Shown here in pieces: positions 1-13,807 of a stretch of DNA of 64,000 nt. A program made the translations under genes and the position numbers. Below the pieces are notes generated by a model, which saw only the letters and a program-made list of their open reading frames with translations, was not told the DNA's origin and made no database searches. Source of the stretch: Camelus ferus (taxonomy: Eukaryota). The stretch covers positions 56,732,001 to 56,796,000 of the forward strand of contig NC_045696.1 in assembly GCF_009834535.1 (NCBI RefSeq), written 5' to 3'. How positions within the stretch are numbered: the first letter of the stretch is position 1; each line of letters opens with the position of its first letter.

Positions 1-1464
1 AGAAAAGATAACCAAATAAATATGGATTTAGAAGAATTTGTTCAGCACTTAATAAGTTTACAACTCATAATTCCATAAAGTTTCAAGGTCTGAATGATCT
101 TTGTTATTTGCTTATAATTTTTATCCTAACTCTTTCTTAAAAAGGTCTAAACAGTGAAAGTGTTATATATTCAAACTTCTTTGTCAGATCAGATTGATAC
201 CAACTTTGACAAGTCATTTGATCAATATAATCCAGGTTTATCACTTGATCCTAGATCTAAACTAGGCTTTACTTCTTTCTCTCTTGCTCTTTAAGAAATC
301 ACCTAACACTATAGTGGTCTTATCTTACTGTTTTTCTCATTTATATACATTCTATTAATATATGCCATTGTCATGTACTTTCTTGCATGATGATATATAT
401 TATAATATATTAATGTCAATGTCTTAGGCTGTATTTTTTATTTATGAATATTTTGTTTCTTTAATTAGGTTGTGACACTTTCAGATAGAATTCTGAGCTA
501 AACAGGACATAGGTCTGAACAAACACAACTCATTCTGTATTCTATAGTATTTATCAAATGGCAAGAAACTTCTTTACTTTTTGTAGCATCTACAGCACTT
601 TATGATATGGGATAAGATATTGAAAGAGGAATATAAGTAATGAAGATGATACTGAATAATCACAATGATTACTTAATACTGAATGAGACCTAACCATAGT
701 ACAAATGAATCCCAATTAATAGCCAAGCATCCACCAGAGAGGAAGGGGAGAGATGCCAAATCTTTTGGTACATCAAACAGAAGTTTAAATTGTATTTCAT
801 AGTAAAAAAAGGTAAATAATGAGTTAAGAAAAGAAAAGAAGATAAAAAAAAAAACTCTATAGGTAAATTACAGGTATCAGCAGTTTAATCCCTTGACACA
901 GAGTGGACACTATGAACTGCAATCACATCCTATTACACACCTCCATCTGGCAGTATGCTCCAGGTATTCAAAGATCTGTAACTGGATGAAGTTTCTGCAC
1001 CCTGAAAAAACTCTTGGGCAGCTTTCTATAATTACATAGGACTCTCTCTAAGGAGCAGATGAAAGAAATCTCTGTATCTCCTTGACATCTGGCTTAGACT
1101 GTGGGACTCCTAATGGCTCTATTGTATGTACTCAGTTGACTGACTAAACAGCACTCCCAGGGGACAGTGTTTTGGAAAGTTCCGTGTTTTATTTTAAGTA
1201 CTCAAAATATAATTTTATTTCTCAATATTTAGTTTATGACAATAATATAAATAGAAACACTCAGAAGAAGCAAATATTTAATGTTCTGAATTACATGGTT
1301 AGAGTCTAGAAACACAAACTGGAATGTCATATGCAGATGTAAACTAAGAGTTGTGAGTACATTAGATCTTTCTCAGATTAAGAGACCAGCATTCACAGCA
1401 TTCTGTATCAGATGACCTGTCCTCCAAGATCATTAATATATGGTAAAAGTAAAAAATGCTTTAC

Positions 1465-1594
1465 CATTTACAGAGTTGTAGAAAACTGCTCTTGTGCTTT
1501 TCACACTGCTGGCACTGCCCACAGAGCCTCCAACATCCCATAATTCTATATAGTAGGTCTTCTCTTCTGGTGTTCCTTCTTTGTAGTCATGAAC
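1465..1594 (-). CDS. RABL3: RABL3 (Rab-like protein 3) coding exon 3; gene continues beyond the left edge
   Basis: Minus strand reads [43 protein letters not shown](G), including the G3-like WDVGG motif. AG acceptor at 1596-1595, GTAAAG donor from 1464. 130 nt, phase 0 in, matching exon 2. Confidence 0.97.
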
Positions 1595-1699
1595 CTAGCA
1601 AATAAATCCATCAAAATAATTACTATAGCCACTAAGAAAACTGGTAAGCACCCTCATTCCAGTTTAAAGTATTGGACATTCCATATCAGCATCTTACCC

Positions 1700-3500
1700 T
1701 CTGGCTCTCTAATCTGTCTTTGTAGCTTCCTCCCTCTAATACTCCAACTCTAATAATAATCTTTGATCCCATAGGTCACTATAGTTCATTAGATTAGAAC
1801 ACCTTTCAAAGTACCCCCTTCTACTTCCAAATCCTCACTTCCTTCCTAACTAAGCATAAATTCCACTCTTTGCCATTTCAGTCACTCGTTTACCTCTCTC
1901 ACACAGTATTCATCTGACAAAATTCCAGCCCTGATTATATCAATTCTGTGTCTGTAACCTAGCTAGGTAAACATAATGCCCAGAAAAATAAACATTCAAG
2001 CTGACTGGATTCATTTTAAATTCAAGTCTACCTTTGGAGCTGTCCTTCAATCAGTTCCATAGTCCATTTCCTCTTTTCCTTTCCTAGATAACTGTTTCAC
2101 ACTCTCACCTCTTTGTGAAATTTCTAATATCTCTTCCCTATCCTCAAGCACAGGTAATGACCTTGCTTCTGGAGACAGAAGCAATCAGAAGAGAATGTCT
2201 ACAACCTGCTCTTTCCTTATCTGTCCACCTCCCTGCATCTGTACCCATATAATCTGCTTTCCCTCCAGCTATTATAAACTGTCAGTGTCCCTAAGGCCAA
2301 AACCCCTTCTTATACATGAAATCCCATCTCTTCTTTCTTATCAAAGAGATAGCTCTATCAAATCTTCCTTCTATCATCAAATTTTCCCTCTCTGTTGGAT
2401 AAGTCCCACCAGCATACAAACATGCTATAATTTTTCCCACCTTAAAATAACCATCTCTTGACCCCATGTTTTCCTCCAGCTACCATACCACTTCTCTATT
2501 CCCTGGAGGGCAAAAGCCCTCCAAAGAGTTGTCTGTTCTCAACTGTCTCTAATTCTTTTCCTTATATTCTCTTTTGAACTCATTCCTGCCACACCTTTTG
2601 CCCCAATCACCCCACTGAAATATTCCTTATCAAGGTCACCAATGGCTTCCACATTGCTAAATCCAGTGATCAATGAACACTTTTCATCTTACTCTACCAT
2701 CTGATAAAACTAATCACTCCTCTGTCTTTCAATACTTTCTTCACTTAACTTATAGGATATCACTCTCCTGCTCTTCTTCCCACCTCATTGGCTAATCCTT
2801 TTCAATCTCCATTTGGATTGTCCTTATCCCTCTAACTTGTAATTGTTAGGGTCTTCCAAGGTTTAGTTCATGGATCTTTTCTCTATCAACACTTATTCTG
2901 TTGACACTTTCATCTAACTTTATGATTTAAAATGTTATAATTATGTTGATAAACTCCAAATTTACATCCATCCTGGACCAGTACCTTGAACTTTAGACTA
3001 CCATATCCACTGGACTACAATTTGGACATCTAATAGGAACCTCAAATTTAACATATCTAAAAATAATATTCCAATCTTCCTCCCAAACCTTTTCTTCTCC
3101 CAGTTTTCTCTGACTCAGTAAAAGGCAAGTCTAGCCTTTGAGTTACTTGAAGGGCCAAAAAGTTGAGTGATACTTAACTCTTCTCCTACTGCATATCTGA
3201 TTTGTCAGCAAATCCTATTCCTTTTGCCTTAAAAACGTATCCCAAAACCCACTTCCCACCATTTCCACTATTACCATCTTCAAAGCCCTTATCCATCTCT
3301 TTGTCTCAATTAAGGTAACCATCTCATAACCGATCTCCCCACTAGAGCCTCACCCTACTCAGTACCTCTCTACCCCCATTTGTTTTCCATACAAATAAGT
3401 AATCTTTTTAAAATGCAAGTTAGATCATATCCTTCTTCAATTCAAAACCCTCCAATGACCTTCTTTCTCAGAGTAAACTCCAAAATCTCTCCCTTTCTCA
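1700..3500 (+). mobile_element. Long degraded L2 LINE fragment
   Basis: L2-typical segments: tcaaggtcaccaatggcttccacattgctaaatcc, acctcaaatttaacatatctaaa, aaaaccctccaatgacc. C/T-rich strand. Confidence 0.8.
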
Positions 3501-3659
3501 TGGTCTAGACTCTATAAGCATTTATTGCCTGTGCTATATTACTATTTGGAAACAAAATCTGATATATAGCAACCTTATCTATTAGAATACAGCTAAGAGC
3601 CAGATTATAGTATAGTGGTTCAGAGGTGTACATCAGAATCTTCCAAGAATTTTTTTTTA

Positions 3660-4845
3660 AGAAAAACACATGTCAACAAAAGCAAAAAATAAACAAGTGG
3701 GACTACATCACAATAAGAGCTTCTACACAGCAAAGGAAACCAGCAGCAAAGAGAAAAGACATCCTGTGGAATGGGATAAAATATTTACAAATATTTGATA
3801 AGGGGTTAGTATCCAAAATATATAAAGAAATCATACAATTCAATAGCAAAAAAACAAACAATCCAATTTAAAAATGGGCACAGGAACTGACTAGACATTT
3901 TTTTCAAAGAAGACATACAAACGTTTGGCCAACAAATACATGAAAAGGTCCTCAATATCACTATCAGCAGGGAAATGCAAATCAAAAGTACAATGAAATA
4001 GCACCTCATACCTGTTAATATGGCTGATATCAAAAAGACAAGAGATAACAAGTGTTGGCGAGGATGTGGAGAAAGACAACCCTTAAGCACTGTTGGTGGG
4101 AATGTAAATTGGTTTGGCCACTACGGAAACAGAATAGAGGTTCCTCAAAAAGTTAAAAACAGGACTACCATATGATCCAGCAATCCCACTTCTGAGTATA
4201 TATCCAAAGGAAACGAAAACAGGATGCTGAAGAGATATGTGCACTCCCATGTTCTGTGCACAAAAGCCAAGATATGAAAGCAATTCAAGTGTCCATCAAT
4301 GGATGAATAGAGAAGATGTGATTATATATATATAGGAATATTATTCAGCCATTAGAAAAAGGGAAATCCTGCCATTTGCAACAACATGGTTAGAACTAGA
4401 AGGAAGTATACTAAGTAAAATAAGCGAGACAGAGAAAAAAATACTGCATGCTATCATTTATATGGAATCTAAATAGAAAGTCAAACTCATAGAAACAAAA
4501 CAGAAAAACAGTTGTGAGGAATTGGGGGGGATGGGGGAAATGGGGAGAAGTTGGTAAAAAGGTACAAATTTTCACTCATAAGATGAATAAGGTCTGAGGA
4601 TCTTAATGTATGATATGGTGACTATAGTTGAAAACACTCTATTGTATAATTAAAACATGCTGAGAGAAGTTGAATGTTCTCACCAAATGAATAAATAAAT
4701 GAACATGTGAGGTGATGGATGCACTAATTAACTGGATGGGAGGAATCTTTTCATAATATATAAGAATACAGTAAATCATTATGATATACACCTTAAATAT
4801 TTTACTTATCTGTCAACAATATCTCAATTAAGCTGAAATAAAAGT
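3660..4845 (+). mobile_element. 5'-truncated L1 (ORF2 end + 3' UTR, L1MA-like), apparently inserted into a MER5-like element
   Basis: ORF2 remnant KQKINKWDYI; gatccagcaatcccacttctgagtatatatccaaagg; 3' UTR ending tatctcaattaagctg. MER5-like sequence lies on both sides (about 3610-3655 and 4850-4960). Confidence 0.9.
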
Positions 4846-5599
4846 CCTTTTAAAAAATATACATGCCAGACTTACTGAATCAGTAACTTTGGGATCCAGT
4901 CCTTGGCATGCATAATTTGGAGCAATTTTCCACTATTTTGCTGTAACCCCTAGTTAAGAACTTGATTTTATAGAATGGAACTATTTGGTATCAGGAGGCC
5001 TAGACTATATTCCTTGATTGCTACTGATTATCCCTGATATCTTTGAGTCTTAGTTTCTTTGCTTATAAAATGAAGGAGTTGTATTATGTATATTAAATGG
5101 CTTTGAAATGAGAAAAAGCAAGATAGCTGAGTAGTTAAAATAGATGTCATAAAATGCACATTCTATTTTTAACAGAATGCTTCCCACTTTTTACTTATTC
5201 ATATTTTTTCGTCCAAATCTTTTTGTCCAAGGAAAAGTTTAAGTAAATAAGATCTTCTACAGACAGTCACACTGACATTGAGAGAAAACAATTATCAGAC
5301 TGGCAACAAAGAAGACAGGACAGAAAAACGGGTATTGCAAAATCACAGCAGTTGGGGACAACTGTGGATAATAAAAAGTAATCCTGTACACTGTGATAAA
5401 AGGTATCACTGTTTTGCCATATGGTATAAATAACTGATAATATGTGATCATGCTAAATCATCAATAAAAATGTTAAAACTATATGAATTTTGTTTACAAA
5501 AGCAGGGAGATGTATAATGTTATCTAGATTTCCAAGCAAAATCATTGAAATGAACAATACAAGGTGTTATAAAGAGTCAGTTACCTGTTATCAAAAAGC

Positions 5600-5880
5600 T
5601 CAACCACTTTATTGAAACTTTGCTGATCCTGCCCCCCTTTCCCTGGCTCCAAAATCAGCCAGGGCACGATAGGTACTCCTCCTATTTACTCCCATAACAT
5701 CCTGCACAGTTCTATCATTTCACTAACCACACTGTCTTACTTATCTACTGATATCTATTTTATTAGACTCTGAGCTTAAGGGCAGGGACCATGTACTATT
5801 CATCTTTGCAGGCCCAGAAAATAGCATAATACTTTGCACATATTAGATGCTTGGATATTTTTGTTTAAATCAAGGAATAA
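5600..5880 (+). mobile_element. L2 3' end fragment
   Basis: tagactctgagcttaagggcagggaccatgt...gcacatattagatgctt matches the L2 tail. Confidence 0.7.
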
Positions 5881-5940
5881 ATTCAAGATATCTCATCCTC
5901 CAAGGTCTTATTATGTTTAGTTCACTATTTTACTGAATTC

Positions 5941-6120
5941 CAGTGCTTCTCAAGCACAGTTCTGAGGGTGAACTAAATCAGAACCAATAGAAGGGCTTGG
6001 GAAAAAAATATAGATTTCTGGACAACTCCTGAAGCTTCTGGGGTAGGGCTCAAAAATCTGTATTTTTAAAGAAAGATCTCTAGGTGATTCTGATGCATAA
6101 TTCAGTTTGGTAACCATTTT
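5941..6120. mobile_element. MER5-type hAT-Charlie MITE
   Basis: cagtgcttctcaa...aatctgtatttttaa...aggtgattctgatgca...tttggtaaccatt. Confidence 0.7.
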
Positions 6121-7239
6121 AGTATATCACTTTTTTCTCTAAAATTATTTCAAATGTCTAATGTTGCCTCCTCTAAAAGACTGTAACCCCTCCCAGAATA
6201 GCCATTATGTAATATAATTTCCAGGTCGCATGACCTCTTCGCCTTACAATGTACCAAGTCTGTTAGACAGCTCCCTTCTGACTACACATGCTCCCAAGCC
6301 AGACTGACCCACTTATCTGTACTTTTCTTTACCACAAAATTCCATAATCAAATCTTTTCATGTTTCCTTCCAGAATTAGAAGAGACGATGCCTTTCTTCC
6401 TTTCCAAACTGCTCAATTAATACTAAGTTTAAGTTAATTTAAATGTAATGAGTCCTAAGAACTTTAAACCGTGGCTTGTAGCTTGTAGCTATGACATTAT
6501 ATCTTTTATGAGTGAGTGATCTCCAAGGGAAAGCTTGACATTATAACAAGGATTGCTCTTGACACAATAAGTGGTACCTGGGTGCTATACTAAGATCCCA
6601 ACATGATGGGAGGTAATGCCAAACTGAAAGAAATGTGGTTTATATTTAAATCAGGTCATCAAGGATCTGATACGTAAAGTCATTACAGACTTAGAGCTAT
6701 ACAAGGAAGGATTTTCTCAACAGGTAGCAACAGTATGAGCTGATCATCAAATGGGAAAAGGAACCACACTATCACTTCAGTACTTCTCATTTACTCACCT
6801 CTTGACTTTTTACTGGAAACCAAATTAAGACTATACAGGAGGTTTTGTCTCATTTGAAGAGTTTATTCTTTGTAATTTTTAAAAAGTAGAAACAAACTAG
6901 TTTTTTTTTCTTTAGTCCTTTACCTCATTAGTAAGGAAGATGATACACATAGGAAAGAGGAGTGGATGCTGTAGATGTTTCCTAGTAAGTTTAATTTAGT
7001 ATGTGTGCCTGCAGAATTATTATTAAAGACAGGCAGGAAGGTAGGAGGTCTTAGGGGAGGGTTCAGAGAAAAGAAAGAAGGATAGAAAAAGTCAATGAGA
7101 GTGCAACAGGGGAGCAGGAATTGAATTTATCTCATTCACTGCTGTACTTCCAATTCTTTGCAGTGTCTGATACCCAGTAGGTATCAGTTATCTTCTTTTC
7201 CCTTCAGCCAAACTCATTTCCTCTATATAAAAAAAAAAA

Positions 7240-7900
7240 CAAAAAAACAAAAAAAACCCTTCACTTTCCCCTTCTTTTCTGTACCCACTTGCTTCTTTAT
7301 TTAACCTTTAAATTTTGTGAAAGGTTGATTTAAACCTGTCTCTTTCCTCTCTGCCTACTTTTATCATTTGGTTTCTGCCACTAACATTCCACTGCACTTT
7401 CAAGTCAGCACTAACTTCATCATCACCAAATTCAACTTTTTCCCCTCTCAGTCTCTATATCTCTATATTATTTCATACTAAAAGTCAGTCCCTCCTATGA
7501 AATTCTCATCTCTCTTTTGCTCTTGTGGTATTTCATCACCTTGGCTATCCCTCCTAATTCTCTGAGCAATCTTTCTCTGACCCCTCTTTTCATAGTCAAC
7601 TCTCTAAATATACCCCAAGGCTCTCCCTCAGCTCTTCTCTTTCTAAATTTTTCTTTTTGAAGAACTCATCAGCTCTCATGGTTCAGGATTACCCCTGTAC
7701 AGATGATTCCAACTCAGAATTCTCTCTTGAGCTTCAGCACCCCAAATGCTTTCTAGACAGTTTCAGCTGGATAGCTCACAGATATCTGCCTTCCTCATGT
7801 TCAGAGCTGAATTTATGATCATTTCCTTCTCTTTCACCTGTAATATATGTCCTCTTTCCTAAGGAATAGTCCATTTGTCCATTGCCAGCTCGTTCAATCA
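7240..7900 (+). mobile_element. L2 fragment
   Basis: Pyrimidine-rich with L2-like segments (ctctcatggttc...gatgattccaa...ctctcttgagcttcag). Confidence 0.6.
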
Positions 7901-7980
7901 TTAGCATCCAGTATAATTTTCCATTCTGTACAAGCACCTTACTTTCTCTCCTCAACTGCTATAACACTTATGTTCTATAT

Positions 7981-8162
7981 CAGTGTGATCCCACAGAACT
8001 TTCTATGATGATGGAAATGTCCAGTATAGTAACCACCAGCAATGTGTGTCTATTGAGCATTTGAAATATGGCTAGTTCAACTGAGGAAATAAATTTTTAA
8101 TTTTAGTTCATTTGAATGTAAATTGCTGCAACAGGCCAGTGGTTACTGTATTTAACAGCATT
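7981..8162. mobile_element. MER3 hAT-Charlie element
   Basis: agaactttctatgatgatggaaatgt...attgagcatttgaaatatggctagt...gtggttactgtatttaacagca. Confidence 0.75.
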
Positions 8163-8199
8163 AGAATATCTTTTTCTCAATACCATTCTGGAACAAGAG

Positions 8200-8460
8200 G
8201 CAGTGCAGAGTAGTGATCAAGAACACAGGCTCTTGAACCAGACTGTCTAGGTTTGAATTCCACCTCCATCACTTACTAGCCTTGTGATCTTGGACAAATC
8301 ATTGAACACTTCTGTGCCTCAGATGCTTCATGTGCCAAACAGGAAAACTAACAGCACCGACCGCAAGGGGTTGTAAACATTAAATGACTTAGTATATAAC
8401 ATAGATGCTGAGTCAAAGTAAGCACTAAAAAAAATTAAAGCCATCATTCATTATTATTGT
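8200..8460 (+). mobile_element. MIR SINE
   Basis: gaaccagactgtctaggtttgaattcc...acttactagccttgtgatcttggacaa...tctgtgcctcag MIR core. Confidence 0.8.
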
Positions 8461-9877
8461 TATCTCAAAGATCATTTATATAAAAACCTTGTCCCACCTA
8501 CTAGATCCTACATCATATTCTTAGTGAAGAAGTCTGCCTTTAAAAAAAATTCTCCCCAGTGCTTGCATTGTTATGCTGTCCAAAGAGGAATTCAACAAAT
8601 ATTGATTGTACACAATGTGTAAATTAGAGTTAAAACCCCATTAAAGTGAACTAGAAATGACAAATCGATTTCCTTATTTATAATTTGTGAAAAGATTAAA
8701 TTCTGTAAGTCTTGCTTTCATAATTAAGAGTAGCCATGCATTTATATTGGTCCCTTTGGACTTAGGGCAACAAAATTAGAACACAGTGATGAATGAAGAC
8801 TACCACAAAGTAAAACTTTTTTCCCCTTTTCCCTTCAGTTCAGTTACAAATACTCTGTATTACATACTAAATCCAAAATGTTAATAATTACTGAATACAG
8901 ACTTTATACTTTAAGCTCATTAGCTTCACCCAGCACTTGAAATTAAACAACTACATTATCACCTTTACCATCTATTTTTAGTTGGCTCTTAACATGTGAA
9001 ATGAGCTAAATGGGGCAACTGTTTTTAAGGGTGTGTATTCATGGATCTCTACTGACTCCAGAGATTCCCTCTCACAGGTTTCAGTAACACAGAAGCTGTA
9101 ATTGCAACACAAAAGATGCTACAGAAGAAAGTGTTCTTCCAAGTTATTTAGGTAAAGGCTTCAGTAGATTTAATCATTCTTGCTAGAGGTAAGAACTTTC
9201 ACTTTATTATAATAGTCAAAATGATTTACATGTCTATCAGAACTTTCCTTAAGATTATCACTTAAAAATGCCTTTTACTTACGTTGTCACTCAAGAAATA
9301 CATTCTTCTCAAAGACAGAGGACAGATCAACCACCCCAATTCAATGAAGAGTAATAAAAGCAAGATCACTTTCAGCCCCACATGCCCTACTCTTCCACAA
9401 TAATGCAATTCAGGCCAGACTGGCTTTAAAGGAGTCAGTAACACACTCTTTTCAGTAAAATGTTACATTATTACATGACACTTGTCTTCGACTACTGTAG
9501 CCTTTATTCCAGTCTCCCTTTGGGCAGTTTTATGTGCTCCCCAATGTTCCCTGGAACTATGGAGGAAGTTCAAAAATCTGCAGTCTTTCAAAAGCTAACT
9601 CAAGGGAATTCCAATTTCACTTTCTCCAAAAGCAGTGGTTTCCAAAGGAAACTGCTACTGTTACTTCTAAAACTTGGTCAGTCTTGAGAACTAACTAATC
9701 TCATACCGATCTGCTCTCTGGGACTTAACAGAAATACTCCTTGCAGATATAACCCTAAGTTTCCACCTTCATATACAGGGCACTGCTAATATAAAGTCTC
9801 TTTTGAAATTTTGCCACCAGCTACACGCAAGAAATTTTACATCCCTGTTATCCTCAGTTACCACACACTGTAACTGA

Positions 9878-9934
9878 TTTCTTGTATTCCATTCCCAAAC
9901 TGCTTTCTTGTATTCCATTCCCAAACTGCTTTCT
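9878..9934. repeat. Perfect 26-bp tandem duplication
   Basis: tttcttgtattccattcccaaactgc at 9878-9903 and 9904-9929, plus a partial third copy (tttct). Confidence 0.95.
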
Positions 9935-10979
9935 ACCCATTACTCAACCCCAATTGTTTCCTTCCTCCAAATCTTTCCCTTATTCACCTGGAACCTTACT
10001 CCTGGGTAATAAAATTCCATTATATCCTTATCTTCAACCTCACTGTATTAGCTGATGTAAGTCTCTATCCTGAAGACACAACTTCTCCTACTGCTCTCTC
10101 ATGTGGATGCTGTTCACTCTTCCACATTCTAATTACCCTGGAATTTAAAAATTGGAAATACCTTGAATACTCTCCAAAGCTACTTTCAGTAGAGTATTCC
10201 TCTACCCTTATATTTAAAAATGTGTGTTTTCTTCCATATCTAACAATTTGGGAACATGGCAGGCTGAAATGACACAGACAGGTCCCCTCTGATTTCAAAT
10301 TCATGGAAATACCATTAAAATATTTTTTAAAAATAAAAAGGACAAGCTCAAGAGAAAGAAAAGGAAATTCCCCAGATGCTAGAAATGAGGAAAGAACTTA
10401 GAGTGCAAAGTGGGACCTGACCCAGATTCATATACAGCTTCAGGGGTTGGTCCCCGGAGTTTTAGTGCCCATCCAAGAATAGCGATCTGTTTTCCAGCTT
10501 TAAAGGAAAGAGTATATGCAGGTGAATGACAAAATACAGGTTTCCTTCGTGAAATGTGGACCCTTGATGAGCAGCCAGTCAGTGAAAGAGAGCAGGAAAA
10601 ACTGTCCACTGGCTCAGGGAAGCAGGAAAACCTTTTTGTCAGAGACCTTGAGTAGGGATGACAAAGAGATGAAAAGTCAATAAAAAATGGAGACCACAAT
10701 CAGATATTGGGGGCATTTACATTATCAAGGTGGCATGGAAATTCCATGATGAGAAATTACAATGATCACTGAAATCTCTAGGGCTCTGGCAGCAACAGAA
10801 ATGGAAAGGCACTGTACCCTCACAACAAACCATACAAGATTTCCAAAGGGAAGAGGGGAAAAAAATCCTGCTGAAGATGCAGGTATTTTCAAAGAATTGC
10901 AGATCATAGAAGAGGTACATTCCCATGAAGTAGAGTCAGCATATACATCAAATAGGAAATCTATCACCTACCCAGAAAA

Positions 10980-11620
10980 AAAAAGAACAATTCAAAAGAA
11001 ACCATGAAATATTATGTTGAAAATAATGATTAAAATAAAAGGTAAAACCATAATGAAAGATCAGAATATTTTGAACAATTTTGACACTTGAAAAAGAACC
11101 AAAAGGAACATCTAGAAATTAAAAATTACAGTTACTGAAATGCAAAACTGAGTGGGTATATTAAAAAACAGATTAGACATAGCTGAAGAGATTCTTAGTT
11201 AACTGGAAGGCAGGTATGAGTACACCATCCAGAATACACCAAGGAGAAAGAACAGAAAACATGAAAATGCAATTAAAAGATGAGGAGGACAAAAATACAA
11301 CAGAAATTCAAAAGAAGATGATAGAGGGAATGAAAGTAGGCAAACAGATAATGGCTAAAAATTTTGAAAAATGAAGACAGACATGAGACACACAACTTCT
11401 GAACAAGATGATTAGAAACTAATCCACCCCAGGCATAGGTTAGCAGAACTACAGAACATCAAAGACAAGACAAATTTTTTTCTAAAGCAACTAGAGGGAA
11501 GAAATTACCTTAAAAAGGAATAATAATTAGGCTGACAGAAGATTTCTAATCAGCAATATGTCACAGACTGTGGAACAATAGCTTCAAGGAACTGAAGGAA
11601 AATAACTCTCAATCTAGCTA
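10980..11620 (+). mobile_element. Ancient L1 ORF1-region (or HAL1-like) fragment; may extend left to about 10.3 kb
   Basis: A-rich coiled-coil-type remnant (aaaaagaaccaaa...ctagaaattaaaaa...cagattagacatagctgaagag) and ORF1 C-terminal-like aattaggctgacagaagatttct...tggaacaatagcttcaag. Confidence 0.7.
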
Positions 11621-11879
11621 GCTACCTCCCTATTTATTTCTTAACTCAATGGAAACAGGTATGCCAGCAGAAGGGGAGCCTTGGACAGGACTAGGCAGAA
11701 TTAGGAAGACCAACAACATCTGGGAAGATAGTTAATAAAGTGGAAACTGCCCTGTGTTTCCTAAATGTGAGGTGGGACAGATGACCTAGACAGGAAGCTC
11801 TAGAAGCTTTTGTCTGCGCACTACAATTCTAGCCAAAAGTTGGCTGTCTTAGTGACAAAGGCTTAGGCAGAATTATTTA

Positions 11880-12140
11880 TGGAGTATGTTAAGTGAATTC
11901 TAGATGTATAGCATAGTCATTAAAACTGAAGTTTCTGGCCTCAGACTAAGTGGTATCAAATCTTGACTCTGTTTCTTATGAACAGAATGAATTTGATCAA
12001 GTTACTTTACCTTCTCTATGCCTTAATTTTTGCAACTATATGTCAGTTTAAAAGACTAAAAAAGCAAAATAAGTGTTCAACATTTGACATAGTATCTAGC
12101 ACAGAGTTGGTGCTTAATAAAGCCCAGCTATTATTGTTAC
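11880..12140 (+). mobile_element. MIR SINE
   Basis: tcaagttactttaccttctctatgcctt core; tail gcacagagttggtgcttaataaa. Confidence 0.65.
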
Positions 12141-12237
12141 TAGCCTTGACTACAGTGCTGTAATTTGATCATTTGATCAGTTTGAAGGAATTATCTTTAA
12201 TATGACACTGGAAAACTAAAATATAAGAAACACATAC

Positions 12238-12329
12238 TCTGACATCTACTGAGCAGCCCACAGTCCATGATGGATTTCCCAGAACTTGATTTTGGCACAG
12301 AAGATGAACTAGTGAAGATTTCCCAACAC
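12238..12329 (-). CDS. RABL3: RABL3 coding exon 2
   Basis: Reads (G)[30 protein letters not shown] and completes the P-loop GDSGVGKS. Acceptor ttttacag, donor GTATGT. 92 nt; 46+92=138 keeps the frame. Confidence 0.97.
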
Positions 12330-12574
12330 CTGTAAAAGACACAAGAACTACAGTCATATAAAAGTCATGCTGAAATCTATTATGGCAAAAGGGAGACTGA
12401 GTATATGCAGTAATAATGATATGAAAAGCATGGTTATTTAAAGGGTGTTCATGCCACAACCATTTAATAAGCTTTATTAATAAAGATGGTTAAGAATACT
12501 GGTTCTCTCAACTTTAGCACCAAAATCCCCTGGAGGGCTTGTGGAAACACAGAATGTGGGGTCTTGCTCCCCAG

Positions 12575-13385
12575 TCATAACTGAAAGTCTGTACCTCTTA
12601 ATTCCCTGTACCTATTTCACCCCTCTCTTACTCTTCCTAGCAACTACCAATTAGTCCTCTGCATCTGAGTCTGTTTTCATTTTGTTTTGTTCATTTATTT
12701 GCTTTATTTCTTTAGATTCCAAATGTAAGTGATATATAATATTTGTCTTTCTCTGTCTGATTTATTTCCCTTGGCATAATACCTTCTAAATCCATCCATG
12801 TTGTTGAAAATGGCAAGATTTCATTCTTTTTATGGCTGAGTAATATTCCACGCACACACATACATTTTCTTTATCCATTCATCTATCTATGGACACATCT
12901 TGACTATTGTAAATAATGTGGCAATGAACACAGGGGTGCATACATTTTTTCCAATTAGTGTTTTTGTTTTCTTCAGGTAAATACCCAGAAGTGGAATTGC
13001 TGGATCATACATTCAGTAGTTCTATTTTTAATTTTTTGAGGAGCCTCCATACTGCTTTCCATAGTGGCTGCATTAATTTACAATCCCACTAACAGCATGT
13101 AAGTATTCCCTTTTCTCCACATCCTCAACAACACTTGTTGTCTTTTTGATGATAGCCATTTCAAAGATGTGAGGTGATATCTCATTGTGGTTTTGCTTTG
13201 CATTTCTCTGATAGAGATATTGAGCATCTTTTCATGTGTATGTATTCTTTGGAAAATGGTCTATCAGGTCTTCTGCCCATTTTTAAACTGGATTGTTTTT
13301 GATATTGAGTTGTATGAGTTCTTTACATATTTTGGATATCCCCTTATCATGTATGTCATTTGCAAATATCCTCTCCATTCAGTAG
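12575..13385 (-). mobile_element. L1 3' fragment (L1MA-like), preceded by a partial MER5 (about 12500-12574)
   Basis: Reverse L1 3' UTR/ORF2 end: ccatccatgttgttgaaaatggcaagatttcattcttttt, atacccagaagtggaattgctggatc. Confidence 0.9.
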
Positions 13386-13807
13386 GGCAGACTTTCTTTT
13401 CTTATAGATTTCCTGGGTTCAGGATACTCAAGTTACTAATGCTGGGGCTAGTATTTGGAGATCTGTATGAAGAGGAAAAGGAATGAGCTATCCCTGCATA
13501 TTTGTGTGTAGAGTTACTCTTTCAGTTAATACATTTTGGGATTCCATTATGACAAGCATAGTTCGTGAATCTTTATGCATCACTAGTTGTACCATAAATT
13601 TAGACCACCTTTTTGTGTGAATTATTGAGTATGGACCTAACACTACTATAAAGTTATATTTACAGACAATCTAGAAAGTACAGAAAAAAGAAGAAAAAAA
13701 TCACCTGAAGAGCAGTATTGTCAACATGTAGATTTCATTTCATAAGCAGGGTTTTTCTATAAGCAGGTTGTTATTGTGAATATATACAAAATGTACACAG
13801 TATACTT

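Noticed and set aside
3626..4283. Overlapping short ORFs as genes
   Set aside because: They are sense and antisense frames of a degraded L1 ORF2 end.
12169..12459. 96-aa ORF as a standalone small GTPase
   Set aside because: Only 12238-12329 is RABL3 exon 2; the flanking residues are intronic.
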